A stretch of 64,000 bases of DNA from Bacteroidia bacterium (GTDB taxonomy: Bacteria > Bacteroidota > Bacteroidia > UKL13-3). This document shows, one piece after another, positions 10,901-20,298 of this stretch. The translations under genes and the position numbers were made by a program. The notes beneath the pieces were generated by a model that had not been told where the DNA came from, did not search any database, and saw only the letters and a list, made by a program, of their open reading frames with translations. Each line of letters opens with the position of its first letter. The first letter of the stretch is position 1. The DNA is taken from positions 1,147 through 65,146 of the forward strand of contig JBILVK010000005.1 in assembly GCA_044370475.1 (NCBI GenBank), in the 5' to 3' direction.

Positions 10901-11543
10901 CCCTGTCGCGGTGTGCGTCAATGGCAGCCTCACTAATCATGGCTTTTATCACCTCATCCTTTAGCACATTTACCTCGCGTAACTCATGCGAAGTTCTAAA
11001 TCCATCAAATATATTCAAGAAAGGAATTTTAGCATCGAGGGTGGCAGATTGACAAACCAAGGCCATATCCATCACCTCTTGGGCATTGTTGCCAAACAAC
11101 ATGCTAAAGCCTGTAGCCCTTACTGCCATTACATCAGAATGGTCGCCAAAGATAGACAAAGCATGTGTAGCCAAGGTTCTTGCCGCCACATGAAACACCG
11201 CCGGAGTAAGTTCACCAGCAATTTTATACATGTTTGGAATCATGAGCAACAAGCCCTGCGAGGCAGTAAAAGTAGAAGCAATAGCTCCTCCTTGTATGGC
11301 ACCATGAATGGCCCCAGCAGCACCTGCTTCACTTTGCATTTCCATGACGCGCGGTACTTGCCCAAAAATATTTCGCCATCCTTTTGCACTCCATTCATCC
11401 ACCCATTCGCCCATGGTAGAGCTTGGCGTAATAGGGTAAATAGCACAAACTTCACTTGTTTTGTAGGAGATGTAAGCTGCGGCCTCATTGCCATCCATAA
11501 TGCTCACTTGGTTCAAACCGTCTTTTTTATCTTTAACTTCCAT
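7992..11543 (-). CDS. nifJ: pyruvate:ferredoxin (flavodoxin) oxidoreductase
   Basis: 1183 aa. Two 4Fe-4S ferredoxin motifs (CTQCGKCFFICP, CTGCTLCVEFCP). TPP-binding GGDGWAYDIGFGGLDH. Single-chain PFOR length and N-terminus (MDGNEAAAY). Confidence 0.95.
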   Translation of the reverse strand: MEVKDKKDGLNQVSIMDGNEAAAYISYKTSEVCAIYPITPSSTMGEWVDEWSAKGWRNIFGQVPRVMEMQSEAGAAGAIHGAIQGGAIASTFTASQGLLLMIPNMYKIAGELTPAVFHVAARTLATHALSIFGDHSDVMAVRATGFSMLFGNNAQEVMDMALVCQSATLDAKIPFLNIFDGFRTSHELREVNVLKDEVIKAMISEAAIDAHRDRALSPEHPVIKGTAQNPDVYFQNREAANSYYNAVPGIVQSKFDLLGELTGRKYKLFEYYGHAEADRLIILMGSAVGTVQETVDYLLSKGEKVGVLAVRLFRPFSIDAFINEIPATVKQIAVLDRCKEPNSMGEPLYMDVVNAYNESMEGKHPHIVGGRYGLSSKEFTPAMVMAVYEEIKKEHPKNHFTVGIEDDVTHLSLSYDHVFNLDEQHAFRGLFFGLGADGTVSANKNSIKIIGEKTDNHVQGYFVYDSKKSGSLTSSHLRFGKNPIRGSYLVASASFVACHHFNYLFKFDILKDAAPGGVFLLNAPYEKDEVWGRMPAKIQEEIKHKKLRFYAINAYTVAKESGMGNRINTILQTCFFAISNILPREEAIAKIKESIYETYWKKGESIVNKNYEAVDQTLANLYEIDYSQESIGSRPLDLAVPNSAPEFVRDVLGKIIAGEGDELPVSAFPVDGTFPSGTTQYEKRNIADAVPVWDTDLCTQCGKCFFICPHAAIRPKVYAKEHLDHAPEGFKHVAPIGKEFDKAAEAYTLQVSTEDCTGCTLCVEFCPIESKTEPGHKAINMVDKTALQEKEIKNWDYFLQLPELDRSRVNKNTIKGSQFFQPLFEFSGACAGCGETPYIKLLTQLFGERMIVANATGCSSIFGGNLPTTPWSQTTDGRGPAWANSLFEDNAEFGLGIKMANDHKRLRAEFLLNELRYEIGDELVTAIQSAPEKTEAEIHHKHDLLKVLKEKLKHTHTVQAQNLYHLADFLADKSVWIIGGDGWAYDIGFGGLDHILSTGENVNILVLDTEVYSNTGGQKSKSSPIGASAKFAVNGKTTGKKDLAMQAIAHGTAYVAQIAMGGNDVHTLRTILEAEAYPGPSLILAYSHCIAHGIDMAHGADEQDFAVKSGYWPLFHYNPMKPKGERMVVDSKEATIPLSEFMYHENRFNVIKAKDPELAERFLQQAEEARASKWDRLQTLKGL

Positions 11544-11742
11544 TGGAGTATAAATTACAATTTAAAAGGCCACTTTAGGTAGTAACCCAATATCAAAGAT
11601 ATTCAGATAGGTAGCCTTAAAACATGATATTAGTCAAACTTGAGCATGATTTATAGCAGCAGCAAACCTTAGTTCAAATCAGGCAAAAAAAATAAATGAG
11701 TGCGTCAATAAAAGCAGTAAAAGACACTACTGGCACCAGCTT

Positions 11743-12333
11743 TTAAGAATAAATAATTAACAAAATTAACAAGATTACCGCAACAAAACCAACATACGCA
11801 CTTGCAGCTATTCCTACTACATATGTTACAATTGTTTTGCCCTTTTCCTTGCCATACACATCCAAACGCTTAATGCCATCCAAAGGAATAACAACAAAAT
11901 TTAAGCTATCCACAGAATATTCGTTGATATACAAATGCACCTCCGTGCTGGGGTCTCCCGACCTATATTTATACCTATTTCCATGCCGCCTCTTGGCCAA
12001 TTTATAAAACTCATGATCTATTCCCAAAGGAGTCATTTTCCCTGTAAGCAAACTGTTTGTTTTATCAACCTCTGGGTAGGATAAATGCCACACACCATTG
12101 TCTGTATGCACCACAATATATTTGTCGCGCCGCACTGCACCATCAACCTCGGTACCATCAGTTGTGGTAGCAGCAATCTTAAAATAGTGACAACCTTGCA
12201 AGGTCAACAACATCGCAGGTAACAAAACAAAAATTGCAAATTTCGGTCCGAACCGAAGCGCCTTTAACACCTTTCTTAAACCCGATTTAGCTTGGATACT
12301 CACGCGTAAGAACTTAGAATCTATATCCAACAT
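11743..12333 (-). CDS. hypothetical lipoprotein with C-terminal TM helix
   Basis: Lipobox-like AMLLTLQGC after a basic N-region. C-terminal hydrophobic helix. The true start may lie downstream of 12333, because the first 20 nt overlap the upstream gene. Confidence 0.5.
   Translation of the reverse strand: MLDIDSKFLRVSIQAKSGLRKVLKALRFGPKFAIFVLLPAMLLTLQGCHYFKIAATTTDGTEVDGAVRRDKYIVVHTDNGVWHLSYPEVDKTNSLLTGKMTPLGIDHEFYKLAKRRHGNRYKYRSGDPSTEVHLYINEYSVDSLNFVVIPLDGIKRLDVYGKEKGKTIVTYVVGIAASAYVGFVAVILLILLIIYS
12245..12254 (-). repeat. over-represented word family, variant GGTTCGGACC
   Basis: The plus strand reads tttcGGTCCGAACCgaag. Confidence 0.9.
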
Positions 12334-13186
12334 TCATCCCTGCCCTAAAGGCAAAATCATGCATATTTTCTACATAAATATCCCCAGGATGCTCATTTAA
12401 TACATCGTTGTGCATAAACCGAGTTCGTGTATAACCCATGCCTATGGTTAAAGAAAAATTAAAGTTGGAAGAAGGCTGAAACAAAAAGCCATTTTGCAAT
12501 AAAAGCGACTGAAAATTAGCCCCCATTCTCTCATCCACTTTCACATACGGATAATTGCCTACAGAGCCAAAATCTAAATAATCAAACCATCCAAATTCTA
12601 TGGATGGTCCTACAAAATACCTTACCTTTCCTTGCCCATTTGGAAAATAATTAATGTCAACACCCGTACTAAATTTCTTGTTCTCTCTGTAATATCCTTG
12701 CCTTCCATATTGAGCCTCTAAAACAGCATACTTGTTTAAACCAATTGCATACAATCCAAGCGATACAGGCACGCGAACACTGTAATCACCAGTTTTAGTA
12801 AAATACTCATAAGACAAGGTAAGAGAACCTGCAAAATAATCGGGGACATTTAATTGAATCATGCGTCTGTTAAAATTGGTTCGGAATGGATCCTCGCGCG
12901 GCGCATCTCCCCATACCTTAGAGCCCTCTGAAACTGGCGCAGCAACAGTAAACTGCTCTGATGTTCCATTGGCATATACAATACGCTTAACCTCCGATTT
13001 GCTTAATACAAATAAAGGGCCACCCATGCCTGCCGGATTTTTATACTTGACTTGTGTAGGTGTAACTTCAATAATTTGTACTGGCATTACTTTGCCGTTT
13101 ATCCTATATAAAGTATCTTGGGCTTTTGCGCCTTCCATTCCTAAAAGTATCAAAATAGATACAACTAAATATTTCATAGCATTCAT
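12314..13186 (-). CDS. hypothetical outer-membrane beta-barrel protein
   Basis: Signal peptide MNAMKYLVVSILILLGMEGAKAQ. Alternating-hydrophobicity strands. C-terminal aromatic residue (..NVGYRF), typical of OMPs. Confidence 0.6.
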   Translation of the reverse strand: MNAMKYLVVSILILLGMEGAKAQDTLYRINGKVMPVQIIEVTPTQVKYKNPAGMGGPLFVLSKSEVKRIVYANGTSEQFTVAAPVSEGSKVWGDAPREDPFRTNFNRRMIQLNVPDYFAGSLTLSYEYFTKTGDYSVRVPVSLGLYAIGLNKYAVLEAQYGRQGYYRENKKFSTGVDINYFPNGQGKVRYFVGPSIEFGWFDYLDFGSVGNYPYVKVDERMGANFQSLLLQNGFLFQPSSNFNFSLTIGMGYTRTRFMHNDVLNEHPGDIYVENMHDFAFRAGMNVGYRF

Positions 13187-13269
13187 TTAAAAGTAAGCTC
13201 AAAAATAGCACTTATTATTCCAATATTGCATACTAAATTTCTATAATGGTATTTTTAAAATTCAACTTA

Positions 13270-13797
13270 CTATCCAAGCTTATAATGCGCTTGGATCAAG
13301 CCAGATGAAAATGATTTTGAACCCAGCAACTGCAGCGCCCTTTCTGGAATGCCTTCTTTAAATAGCTTGGTGCCAGCACCCAAAATAACGGGTATGGTAG
13401 ATATAATAATTTCGTCCATTAATCCCAATTGCAACAAAGCATTTGCAGCATCTGCACCACCATCACAAAATATGTTTTTACCGCCTTTTGCTTTTAAGGT
13501 CTGAACCAATTCGCGCAAATCGCCGGTATAAAAATGGGTATTCCCAATGCTATCTTTAGCAGTGCGCGTTAGGATATAACTCTCCTTATCAGCATGCGGA
13601 AAAACCGGCACTTGCTTCATTATCCAATCATAGGTCTTTCTACCCATGATTACCGTATCAACAGATTGGGTAAAATCAACATATCCATAATCTTCACCAG
13701 GGGTTTCTACCATTGACAGAAAACTCAAATCGTCACCAGGTCCGGCTATGTAACCATCTAAGCTAGCAGCAATGTATAAAATAACTTTCATCGGCAT
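13270..13797 (-). CDS. dihydrofolate reductase family protein (RibD C-terminal domain type)
   Basis: VILYIAASLDGYIAGPGDDLSFL and VDTVIMGRKTYDWI motifs, 175 aa. Confidence 0.8.
   Translation of the reverse strand: MPMKVILYIAASLDGYIAGPGDDLSFLSMVETPGEDYGYVDFTQSVDTVIMGRKTYDWIMKQVPVFPHADKESYILTRTAKDSIGNTHFYTGDLRELVQTLKAKGGKNIFCDGGADAANALLQLGLMDEIIISTIPVILGAGTKLFKEGIPERALQLLGSKSFSSGLIQAHYKLG
13498..13507 (-). repeat. over-represented word GGTTCAGACC (exact)
   Basis: The plus strand reads aaGGTCTGAACCaatt. Decoded as L-V-Q-T in the DHFR-like gene. Confidence 0.95.
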
Positions 13798-14214
13798 CTA
13801 ACTTTTAGCAATAAACCAATCAAAAATAGCACTTAATACCTTTGTGCCTTCCGCATTATATACCTCGGTTTTCACTTGCAATTGCGCCCTTCCTTTTGTT
13901 TGCAAATCGTTTAAAAAAGCAAGCTTATCTATCTCCACAAATTGAGCCTTACAAAACAAAGAACCATTGGCAGGTTTGTTATACTTAACCTCCGTTTTGC
14001 GCACCACAGGAATCAAGCCTTCTGAAGCCCCAGCAAACTCTTGCAACAGAAATTCACCTGCACTTGCCTCAGCCAAACTCAACTGCACACAGGCATGTAA
14101 GGTACCCAAATGATTTAACAAATTTGCTTGCTCCTCTAACATAAAAATATAGCCAGGTAGCGTCGCTTTTTTTATCCCAATAAGCTGGTGAAAAGGTATC
14201 TTTAAAATATCCAT
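13798..14214 (-). CDS. hotdog-fold thioesterase (PaaI / YiiD C-terminal like)
   Basis: 138 aa. The pattern NHLGTLHACVQLSLAEASAG resembles the PaaI-type active-site helix. The gene is adjacent stop-to-start to its neighbours. Confidence 0.55.
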   Translation of the reverse strand: MDILKIPFHQLIGIKKATLPGYIFMLEEQANLLNHLGTLHACVQLSLAEASAGEFLLQEFAGASEGLIPVVRKTEVKYNKPANGSLFCKAQFVEIDKLAFLNDLQTKGRAQLQVKTEVYNAEGTKVLSAIFDWFIAKS

Positions 14215-14218
14215 ATAC

Positions 14219-14704
14219 TTAAGTTAATTGCAAAACCATTTCGTACCTATCTATACCTTCTCCATACCCATTGGCAAAAAATTGTGTCACCACAAAACCA
14301 TGTCGCACATAAAAGGCATATGTTAGCTGCGAAGTGCCTAAATCTATGGTATAGCCAGGAAACAAATTTCGCATCAATTGGATGCGGTGTTTTAGGTGGG
14401 CCGATCCAATGCCTTGCTTGTGGTAATCCTTATGCACCATGCCCCAGGCCATTCTCGCTACCGATTCTCCACTAACAATATAATAGCCAGCACAACCCAC
14501 AATTTCATCGCCCAACAAAGCTACTTCATAATAGTCTAAGCTGGCATTTTCATAGGCCAATAATCCAGCGCCCTTATTCATTAACCATTGGGCAAAAGGT
14601 GCGCGTTCGGCAGCATCAAAATAGGGTGGTGTATTGCTATCAAACACAGCCAAACAGGCCGCATAATCTGCTGCCATATAGGGCCTAAAAACTAGCTCCA
14701 GCAT
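14219..14704 (-). CDS. GNAT family N-acetyltransferase
   Basis: Acetyl-CoA binding motif HKDYHKQGIGSAHLKH (Q/RxxGxG/A), 161 aa. Confidence 0.8.
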   Translation of the reverse strand: MLELVFRPYMAADYAACLAVFDSNTPPYFDAAERAPFAQWLMNKGAGLLAYENASLDYYEVALLGDEIVGCAGYYIVSGESVARMAWGMVHKDYHKQGIGSAHLKHRIQLMRNLFPGYTIDLGTSQLTYAFYVRHGFVVTQFFANGYGEGIDRYEMVLQLT

Positions 14705-15267
14705 TACTTAATTTTTTGCAAGCTGTTCATATCGGAAAACTGCTTTTTGTGCTTTGGAAACTCTGCTTTAAAGCTAGCCATCATTTTCTTAAATTCTGCC
14801 GTTCCACTGGGTACCACCTTGCCACCAGAAACCCATTTAATTAGGGTCTCATTGTTAAAATAATACCAATTCTCTGTCATAGATTTTATCTTGGTACGTG
14901 GGTTAACAGACAAAGGCGATTCGTACACAGAATTCTTCGCATAAATAACAATAAAGGCTCCTGCATCATTTACATACTCATCGGCTTCCACTTTGCTAGT
15001 ATCTGTATAAAAATTAGCATTGATCATGCGCAATTTTGTGCCTTCAAAATACCCAAAAAAAGCAGTGCCTTCTACTTTGGTTGTTGGTGAGTAAATCGAT
15101 AGGCTCTTCCTTTTGGCATCTATGGCCAAGAATTGCGATTTAACAACTGCTACCGACTTTACGGTATCAATTTTGGCAAGCGCAAAGCCATGCATTGAAA
15201 CAGCGTTTATAGCATTGCTTGGTTCAGACCAAAGCAAAGAAAATAACAAAGAAAATAGTAGGTTCAT
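14704..15267 (-). CDS. hypothetical secreted protein
   Basis: 187-aa ORF with N-terminal hydrophobic leader. Its stop overlaps the next start by 1 nt. No recognised family. Confidence 0.5.
   Translation of the reverse strand: MNLLFSLLFSLLWSEPSNAINAVSMHGFALAKIDTVKSVAVVKSQFLAIDAKRKSLSIYSPTTKVEGTAFFGYFEGTKLRMINANFYTDTSKVEADEYVNDAGAFIVIYAKNSVYESPLSVNPRTKIKSMTENWYYFNNETLIKWVSGGKVVPSGTAEFKKMMASFKAEFPKHKKQFSDMNSLQKIK
15221..15230 (+). repeat. over-represented word GGTTCAGACC (exact)
   Basis: Context gcttGGTTCAGACCaaag. Decoded as W-S-E-P on the opposite strand. Confidence 0.95.
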
Positions 15268-15304
15268 AACAATAAATTATCTTTCGAATATATAAAGCTT
15301 CTGC

Positions 15305-15571
15305 TTAATTTTCATCATGTGCAGCATCACCCAAAAACCGCTCGGCTCTTTTTAAATCGCGTTTCACATATAAATACAAACTCTCTACCTTAGCCCGCGC
15401 CCATGGCGTTTTGCGCAAGAATGCCAAACTAGATTTAATACTTGGATTCTTCTGAAAGCAATTGATATTTACCGCCTCACCCAAATAGGGCCAGCCCATG
15501 GTTTCTACCAAAAAAGTGAGCATTTGCTCCAAGGTAATGCCATGTAAGGGATTATTCTTTTGTTCTGTCAT
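15305..15571 (-). CDS. DUF2132 (VF530-like) small protein
   Basis: [25 protein letters not shown]....[26 protein letters not shown] matches my memory of the DUF2132/VF530 family. Confidence 0.65.
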   Translation of the reverse strand: MTEQKNNPLHGITLEQMLTFLVETMGWPYLGEAVNINCFQKNPSIKSSLAFLRKTPWARAKVESLYLYVKRDLKRAERFLGDAAHDEN

Positions 15572-16028
15572 TGCTCGTTTTCATAAAAATAATATCGGCA
15601 TTCAATTGGATAAAATCTTGGTTTTTTATATTCACAATGCGCAAACGCTCCAGCTTATTTTCATATAAAACAGTCTCCAAATTTCCAGCCTTAACTTCAC
15701 TCCTCTCCAACAAAACCGAATGGTCTAATTGCGGAATAAAAGCTTCTGCCGTTTCCTCATCTTTGCCATAAATTACATAGGCTGCCAAAGTCTCATCCTT
15801 GTTGCTGCCGTAAGCTGCAAATGGAACACCCACTTCAAAAATTCGCACACACTCGCCTCGCAATTCACTCCATTGGTACCCTGCCGAACCTATGCATCCA
15901 TGTGCATCTTTGTCTCCTCCCACCACAGCTTTTTCAGTGTCTGTTGGCGCTACCGTTGCCTTTGGTTCTGGGTTGCTACATGCACTTAGCACAGCAACCA
16001 CACATATCAATACTTTTAAACTTTTCAT
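15552..16028 (-). CDS. hypothetical lipoprotein
   Basis: Signal peptide with lipobox VLSAC. Cys-containing motif [25 protein letters not shown]. 158 aa. Confidence 0.55.
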   Translation of the reverse strand: MKSLKVLICVVAVLSACSNPEPKATVAPTDTEKAVVGGDKDAHGCIGSAGYQWSELRGECVRIFEVGVPFAAYGSNKDETLAAYVIYGKDEETAEAFIPQLDHSVLLERSEVKAGNLETVLYENKLERLRIVNIKNQDFIQLNADIIFMKTSNDRTKE

Positions 16029-16070
16029 ATTCTATTTTTTATAAAAATGATCACACCAAAAACATCAAAC

Positions 16071-16586
16071 TTACTTTCTAAAAACCATGCTTTGTTCTGG
16101 ACAAACTAATTTATGACTTACACTCGGAGCTCCGTCAAATGCCACATGCACCAAGTTTGTTTGTCCCGAAATCTCTTTACATAAAATAGAATTCTCAATA
16201 TACAATTCTGTTGCAGCTTGTTTAAATGGCGCTTCCAAATAGCACCAAATCGCCTCCTCCTCTACCTCATAACCTATGCAAGTTAAAGCAAGTTTCTGCT
16301 TTCCCAAGCTTATTGCCAAATGCGCCTTCAGATAAGATTCTAACAATGTTTTGTTATTGGCATCTTTGCTTGCCAAATCAATTTTCTGATGTTGTATTTG
16401 TGCCAATGCCTGCTGTATATCGTCTGTAAAAATTTTACAACTCACCTCAAGCTTTTTCTTCTTGGTATCTACTTTTACCTCAGTAGAACTTAAATAAAAA
16501 GGATGAGCGGTTTCTACAAATGATAAACTCACTGCGCTAGCACACAAAAGTAGCAAGAGAATCAAATTATTTTTTTTAGTTTGCAT
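16071..16586 (-). CDS. DUF6702-like secreted protein
   Basis: Signal peptide followed by HPFYLSSTEVKVDTKKKKLEVSCKIFTDD, as I recall for DUF6702. The gene is divergent from the HupE/UreJ and M1 peptidase genes. Confidence 0.55.
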   Translation of the reverse strand: MQTKKNNLILLLLLCASAVSLSFVETAHPFYLSSTEVKVDTKKKKLEVSCKIFTDDIQQALAQIQHQKIDLASKDANNKTLLESYLKAHLAISLGKQKLALTCIGYEVEEEAIWCYLEAPFKQAATELYIENSILCKEISGQTNLVHVAFDGAPSVSHKLVCPEQSMVFRK

Positions 16587-16606
16587 TTCTTCAAATATAG
16601 AAAAGA

Positions 16607-17197
16607 ATGCAGAACTTTTGGCTTTGGTTTAGTACAGGTATTACGCACATCACCGACTTAACAGGATACGATCATATCTTGTTTCTCATGGTGCTTTGCG
16701 TGCCCTATTCTTTTAAACAAAGCAAACACCTATTATGGCTCATCACTGCATTTACCGTTGGTCACAGCATTTCCTTAGCCCTGAGTGTCCTCGGTATTTT
16801 TAGTCCAAACACCGCTGCCGTAGAATGGCTAATTGCGCTCAGCATCCTTATTCTGGCAGTACAAAATATCAGCAATTTTGGTCCGAACCAAGGCGCTAGC
16901 AAATGGGTAAATTATGGCCTCACCACTTTATTCGGACTCATTCACGGCTTGGGATTCTCTACCCTCTTGCGCGCCATGTTGGGCAAAACAGAATCTTTGG
17001 CGTTTCCACTATTCTCTTTTAACCTGGGTATAGAGTTTGGACAAATAATTATTCTCGCTTGCATCTTAGGCATTATTGCCGTTTGGACAATTACACTGAA
17101 ATTGCCACAAAAATACATTACGCTTAGTTTTTCAATAGTTGCATTGGTGGTATCACTATTTATGCTCATTGATAGATTTAAATTATTAACCACCTAA
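16607..17197 (+). CDS. HupE/UreJ family membrane protein
   Basis: GITHITDLTGYDHILFLMVL N-terminal motif, about 6 TM segments, 196 aa. Confidence 0.8.
   Translation: MQNFWLWFSTGITHITDLTGYDHILFLMVLCVPYSFKQSKHLLWLITAFTVGHSISLALSVLGIFSPNTAAVEWLIALSILILAVQNISNFGPNQGASKWVNYGLTTLFGLIHGLGFSTLLRAMLGKTESLAFPLFSFNLGIEFGQIIILACILGIIAVWTITLKLPQKYITLSFSIVALVVSLFMLIDRFKLLTT
16880..16889 (-). repeat. over-represented word family, variant GGTTCGGACC
   Basis: The plus strand reads ttttGGTCCGAACCaagg, inside the HupE/UreJ gene (F-G-P-N-Q). Confidence 0.9.
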
Positions 17198-17200
17198 AAC

Positions 17201-19579
17201 ATGAATAAATATTTCCTTTTTATGGTAATGGCTTGCCTTACCCTTAACGCGGTTCTTGCACAAAATATAAGAAACAATCCGCAATCTAAACATGGCAATA
17301 AGTTTGAGCAGCTGGGCACCATATTGCCAGATGCCAATACCTATAGAACCGCATCTGGCGCACCCGGAGCAAGCTATTGGCAGCAACAGGCAGATTATAA
17401 AATCAATGCTAGGCTCGACGAAAAAGATTTGCGTCTCCATGGCGAGGAACAAATTACTTACCACAACAATTCGCCCGATGTGCTCACTTACCTTTGGTTG
17501 CAACTCGACGAAAACCAACATAGTCCAAATGCAGAGTCTATCTTGTTTGATGGCAGCGAAAAATCTTACCCGCTTACCACCAATCAGCTTGATGGTTTGG
17601 ACCCAAAAAAGAACTTGCAAGGATATGGTGTAAACATACTTTCGGTTACCGATTCGCTAGGCAAGCCGCTCAAGTACACCATCAATTATACCATGATGCG
17701 CATAGAACTTGCAAAGCCGCTTAAATCAAAACAGAAGTTTAGTTTTAGAATAAAGTGGAACTATAAGTTGCCAGAGCGCATGAAGATTGGTGGTCGTGGC
17801 GGTTATGAGCGCTTTGGTTCAGATAGTAATTGCACTTTTACCATTACCCAATGGTACCCGCGTATGTGTGTTTATAGCGATTACCAAGGCTGGAACAACA
17901 AGCAGTTTACGGGCAGGGGCGAGTTCTCTTTGGTGTTTGGAAACTTTGAGGTGAACATGCAAGTTCCGGCCGATCATGTGGTGGCGGCTACTGGTACTTG
18001 TAGCAATTATGCCGAGGTACTTACGGCGGCGCAATTAGAAAGATGGAGCAAGGCGCAGCAGCTAAATGGCCAAAATGTTGCGGAGGAACCTATTGAAGTT
18101 GTGACCTTAAATGAGGCCAAGCAGCGTGAAACAAAACCCGATACCATCACGTATAAAACATGGAAATATAAAGCACAAAATGTGCGTGATTTTGCTTGGG
18201 GCAGTTCGCGCAAATTTGTGTGGGATGCGGTTCCTGTGACCATTGAGGGCAAAAAAATAATGGCCATGAGTTATTATCCCAAAGAAGCGTATGGCCTGTA
18301 TAGGCGCTACTCTACCAAGACCGTTGCACATACTTTGCGCGTGTATTCTAAGCATACCATTGCCTATCCATACCCTGTGGCCATTAGTGTGGAAGCGGCC
18401 AATGGCATGGAGTACCCTATGATCTGTTTTAATTTTGGCCGAACCGAGGAAGATGGTACCTATTCATCGCGCACCAAACATGGCATGCTGGGTGTAATTA
18501 TTCATGAGGTTGGACATAATTTCTTTCCCATGATTATTAATTCTGATGAGCGCAATTGGAGCTGGATGGATGAGGGTTTAAATACTTTTGTGCAGTTCTT
18601 AACCGAACAAGAATTTGACAACAATTATCCTTCAAATAGAGGTCCGGCACACAAAATGGTAGATTATATGCGCTTACCAAAAGACCAATTAGAGCCCATC
18701 ATGACCAATAGTGAGAACATTAATCAATTTGGTTCAAACGCTTATGGAAAGCCAGCTACGGCGCTAAATATTTTGCGTGAAACGGTAATGGGAAGAGAGT
18801 TGTTTGATTATTCATTTAAAGAATATTGCAGGCGTTGGGCTTTTAAACATCCTGCTCCGGCAGATTTCTTTAGAACCATGGAAGATGCCTCTGGCGTAGA
18901 TTTAGATTGGTTCTGGCGGGGTTGGTTTTATGATATAGAGCCAGTAGACATTTCCTTAGATAGTGTGCTGTGTTTTACGGTGGATGTTCCCAGCAAGCCT
19001 TTGGTAAGAGAAGACAAGGTGCGCAACAGAGCAGCGCGCGCACAAAAAGATTTTATTCATGTATCGCGTCAAAGAAATTTAGAGTCGGGCATGAAGTTTT
19101 TGGTGGACCAAGATACTTCGCTGCGCGATTTTTACTATTACTATAAAGAAGAGTTAGAGCCAGTAGACACAAGCGCTCCCAAGACTGTAAATAGGTACGA
19201 AAACATTACCCCTATTACGGAAACGGAGTTCGAAAAATACAAAGGCAACTATTATTATGAATTGCATTTTAGCAATGTAGGTGGATTGGTAATGCCCATT
19301 ATTATTCAATGGAATTTTGAAGATGGAACAAGCGAAATAGATCGCATAAGTGCCTATATATGGCGCAAAGATGAGCAGCAGGTGACCAAAACTTTTGTCA
19401 AGAATAAGGCCGTAAAATCAGTGCGCATAGATCCTTTTAAAGAAACTGCAGACATACAAGAAAGCAATAATGTATGGCCCGCAGAGCAGACTCCTACTAG
19501 GTTTGAGCTGTACAAGGCCAAAACTTTGCAACGCGGTCAATTTGATGACGACAATAAAATGAAGAAAGCAAAGAAATAA
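17201..19579 (+). CDS. M1 family zinc metallopeptidase (secreted)
   Basis: HEVGHNFFP (HExxH) followed by WMDEGLNTF (third Zn-ligand Glu). Signal peptide. 792 aa. Starts 4 nt after the HupE stop. Confidence 0.9.
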   Translation: MNKYFLFMVMACLTLNAVLAQNIRNNPQSKHGNKFEQLGTILPDANTYRTASGAPGASYWQQQADYKINARLDEKDLRLHGEEQITYHNNSPDVLTYLWLQLDENQHSPNAESILFDGSEKSYPLTTNQLDGLDPKKNLQGYGVNILSVTDSLGKPLKYTINYTMMRIELAKPLKSKQKFSFRIKWNYKLPERMKIGGRGGYERFGSDSNCTFTITQWYPRMCVYSDYQGWNNKQFTGRGEFSLVFGNFEVNMQVPADHVVAATGTCSNYAEVLTAAQLERWSKAQQLNGQNVAEEPIEVVTLNEAKQRETKPDTITYKTWKYKAQNVRDFAWGSSRKFVWDAVPVTIEGKKIMAMSYYPKEAYGLYRRYSTKTVAHTLRVYSKHTIAYPYPVAISVEAANGMEYPMICFNFGRTEEDGTYSSRTKHGMLGVIIHEVGHNFFPMIINSDERNWSWMDEGLNTFVQFLTEQEFDNNYPSNRGPAHKMVDYMRLPKDQLEPIMTNSENINQFGSNAYGKPATALNILRETVMGRELFDYSFKEYCRRWAFKHPAPADFFRTMEDASGVDLDWFWRGWFYDIEPVDISLDSVLCFTVDVPSKPLVREDKVRNRAARAQKDFIHVSRQRNLESGMKFLVDQDTSLRDFYYYYKEELEPVDTSAPKTVNRYENITPITETEFEKYKGNYYYELHFSNVGGLVMPIIIQWNFEDGTSEIDRISAYIWRKDEQQVTKTFVKNKAVKSVRIDPFKETADIQESNNVWPAEQTPTRFELYKAKTLQRGQFDDDNKMKKAKK

Positions 19580-19651
19580 ACACGTGTAACAAATATCACA
19601 CAAATATTTTTGAACGCACTTTACCTTTGCCAGCAAATAAATAAAATACCA

Positions 19652-19930
19652 ATGGAGAATTTAGCAAATCAAGTAAAAGCAGGTGAGGTTAAAATAGTTG
19701 ACGTAAGAACACCTATGGAATTTATGGGCGGACATGTAGCAGGAAGTATCAATATTCCTTTGAATGAAGTTCCAGAAAGAGTAGAAGAGTTTAAATCAAT
19801 GAAGAAGGTTATTTTGTGCTGCGCCTCGGGTGGTAGAAGCATGCAAGCAACAGGCTTTTTACGTCAGCATGGCATCAATTGCGATAATGGCGGCTCATGG
19901 TTAAGTGTGAATAATGCCATGCAAAACTAA
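19652..19930 (+). CDS. rhodanese-like single-domain sulfurtransferase
   Basis: VDVRTPMEFMGGHVAGSINIP and active-site loop CCASGGRS. I prefer the internal ATG at 19652 (MENLANQ) over the ORF-track start at 19610. Confidence 0.85.
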   Translation: MENLANQVKAGEVKIVDVRTPMEFMGGHVAGSINIPLNEVPERVEEFKSMKKVILCCASGGRSMQATGFLRQHGINCDNGGSWLSVNNAMQN

Positions 19931-20181
19931 TGGGAACATTTAGCATAGCCAATTTAAAGAGCAATTGGACGCTTATTAAAGTGCTTAAAATTGCTTTGGC
20001 CCTCACGGTAATGTTTCAATCGTGGGAGGCAAAGGATATTCTTTTGGGCTCTTTTGGCGCCCTGTTCTTGGGTCAGGCCTTGCTTAATATTGGCTGTTGC
20101 GGACCACAAGGATGCGCTGTGCCAGTAAGCAAGAAAGAAGATGACAACATCAAAGACATTAGCTATACAGAAGTTAAATAG
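19930..20181 (+). CDS. small membrane protein with Cys-rich tail
   Basis: Its start overlaps the rhodanese stop (TAATG at 19928-19932). Two hydrophobic helices followed by GCCGPQGCAVP. 83 aa. Confidence 0.5.
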   Translation: MGTFSIANLKSNWTLIKVLKIALALTVMFQSWEAKDILLGSFGALFLGQALLNIGCCGPQGCAVPVSKKEDDNIKDISYTEVK

Positions 20182-20210
20182 TAGCAACTAGGGTGCTTCA
20201 AAAACTATTT

Positions 20211-20220
20211 GGGCCGAACC
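20211..20220 (-). repeat. over-represented word family, variant GGTTCGGCCC
   Basis: The plus strand reads atttGGGCCGAACCaaca, intergenic. Confidence 0.85.
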
Positions 20221-20298
20221 AACAAATTTGATGTATTGTTGTTTCTTCATTGAGTAGGATGCACCAAGAGGATTATAAATAGGTATAAGATAAAATAT

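Noticed and set aside
10986-11582. 198-aa plus-strand ORF, together with several other ORFs of 60-130 aa between 8177 and 11494
   Set aside because: These ORFs lie entirely antisense or out of frame within the clearly real PFOR gene. Their composition is low-complexity and they have no motifs.
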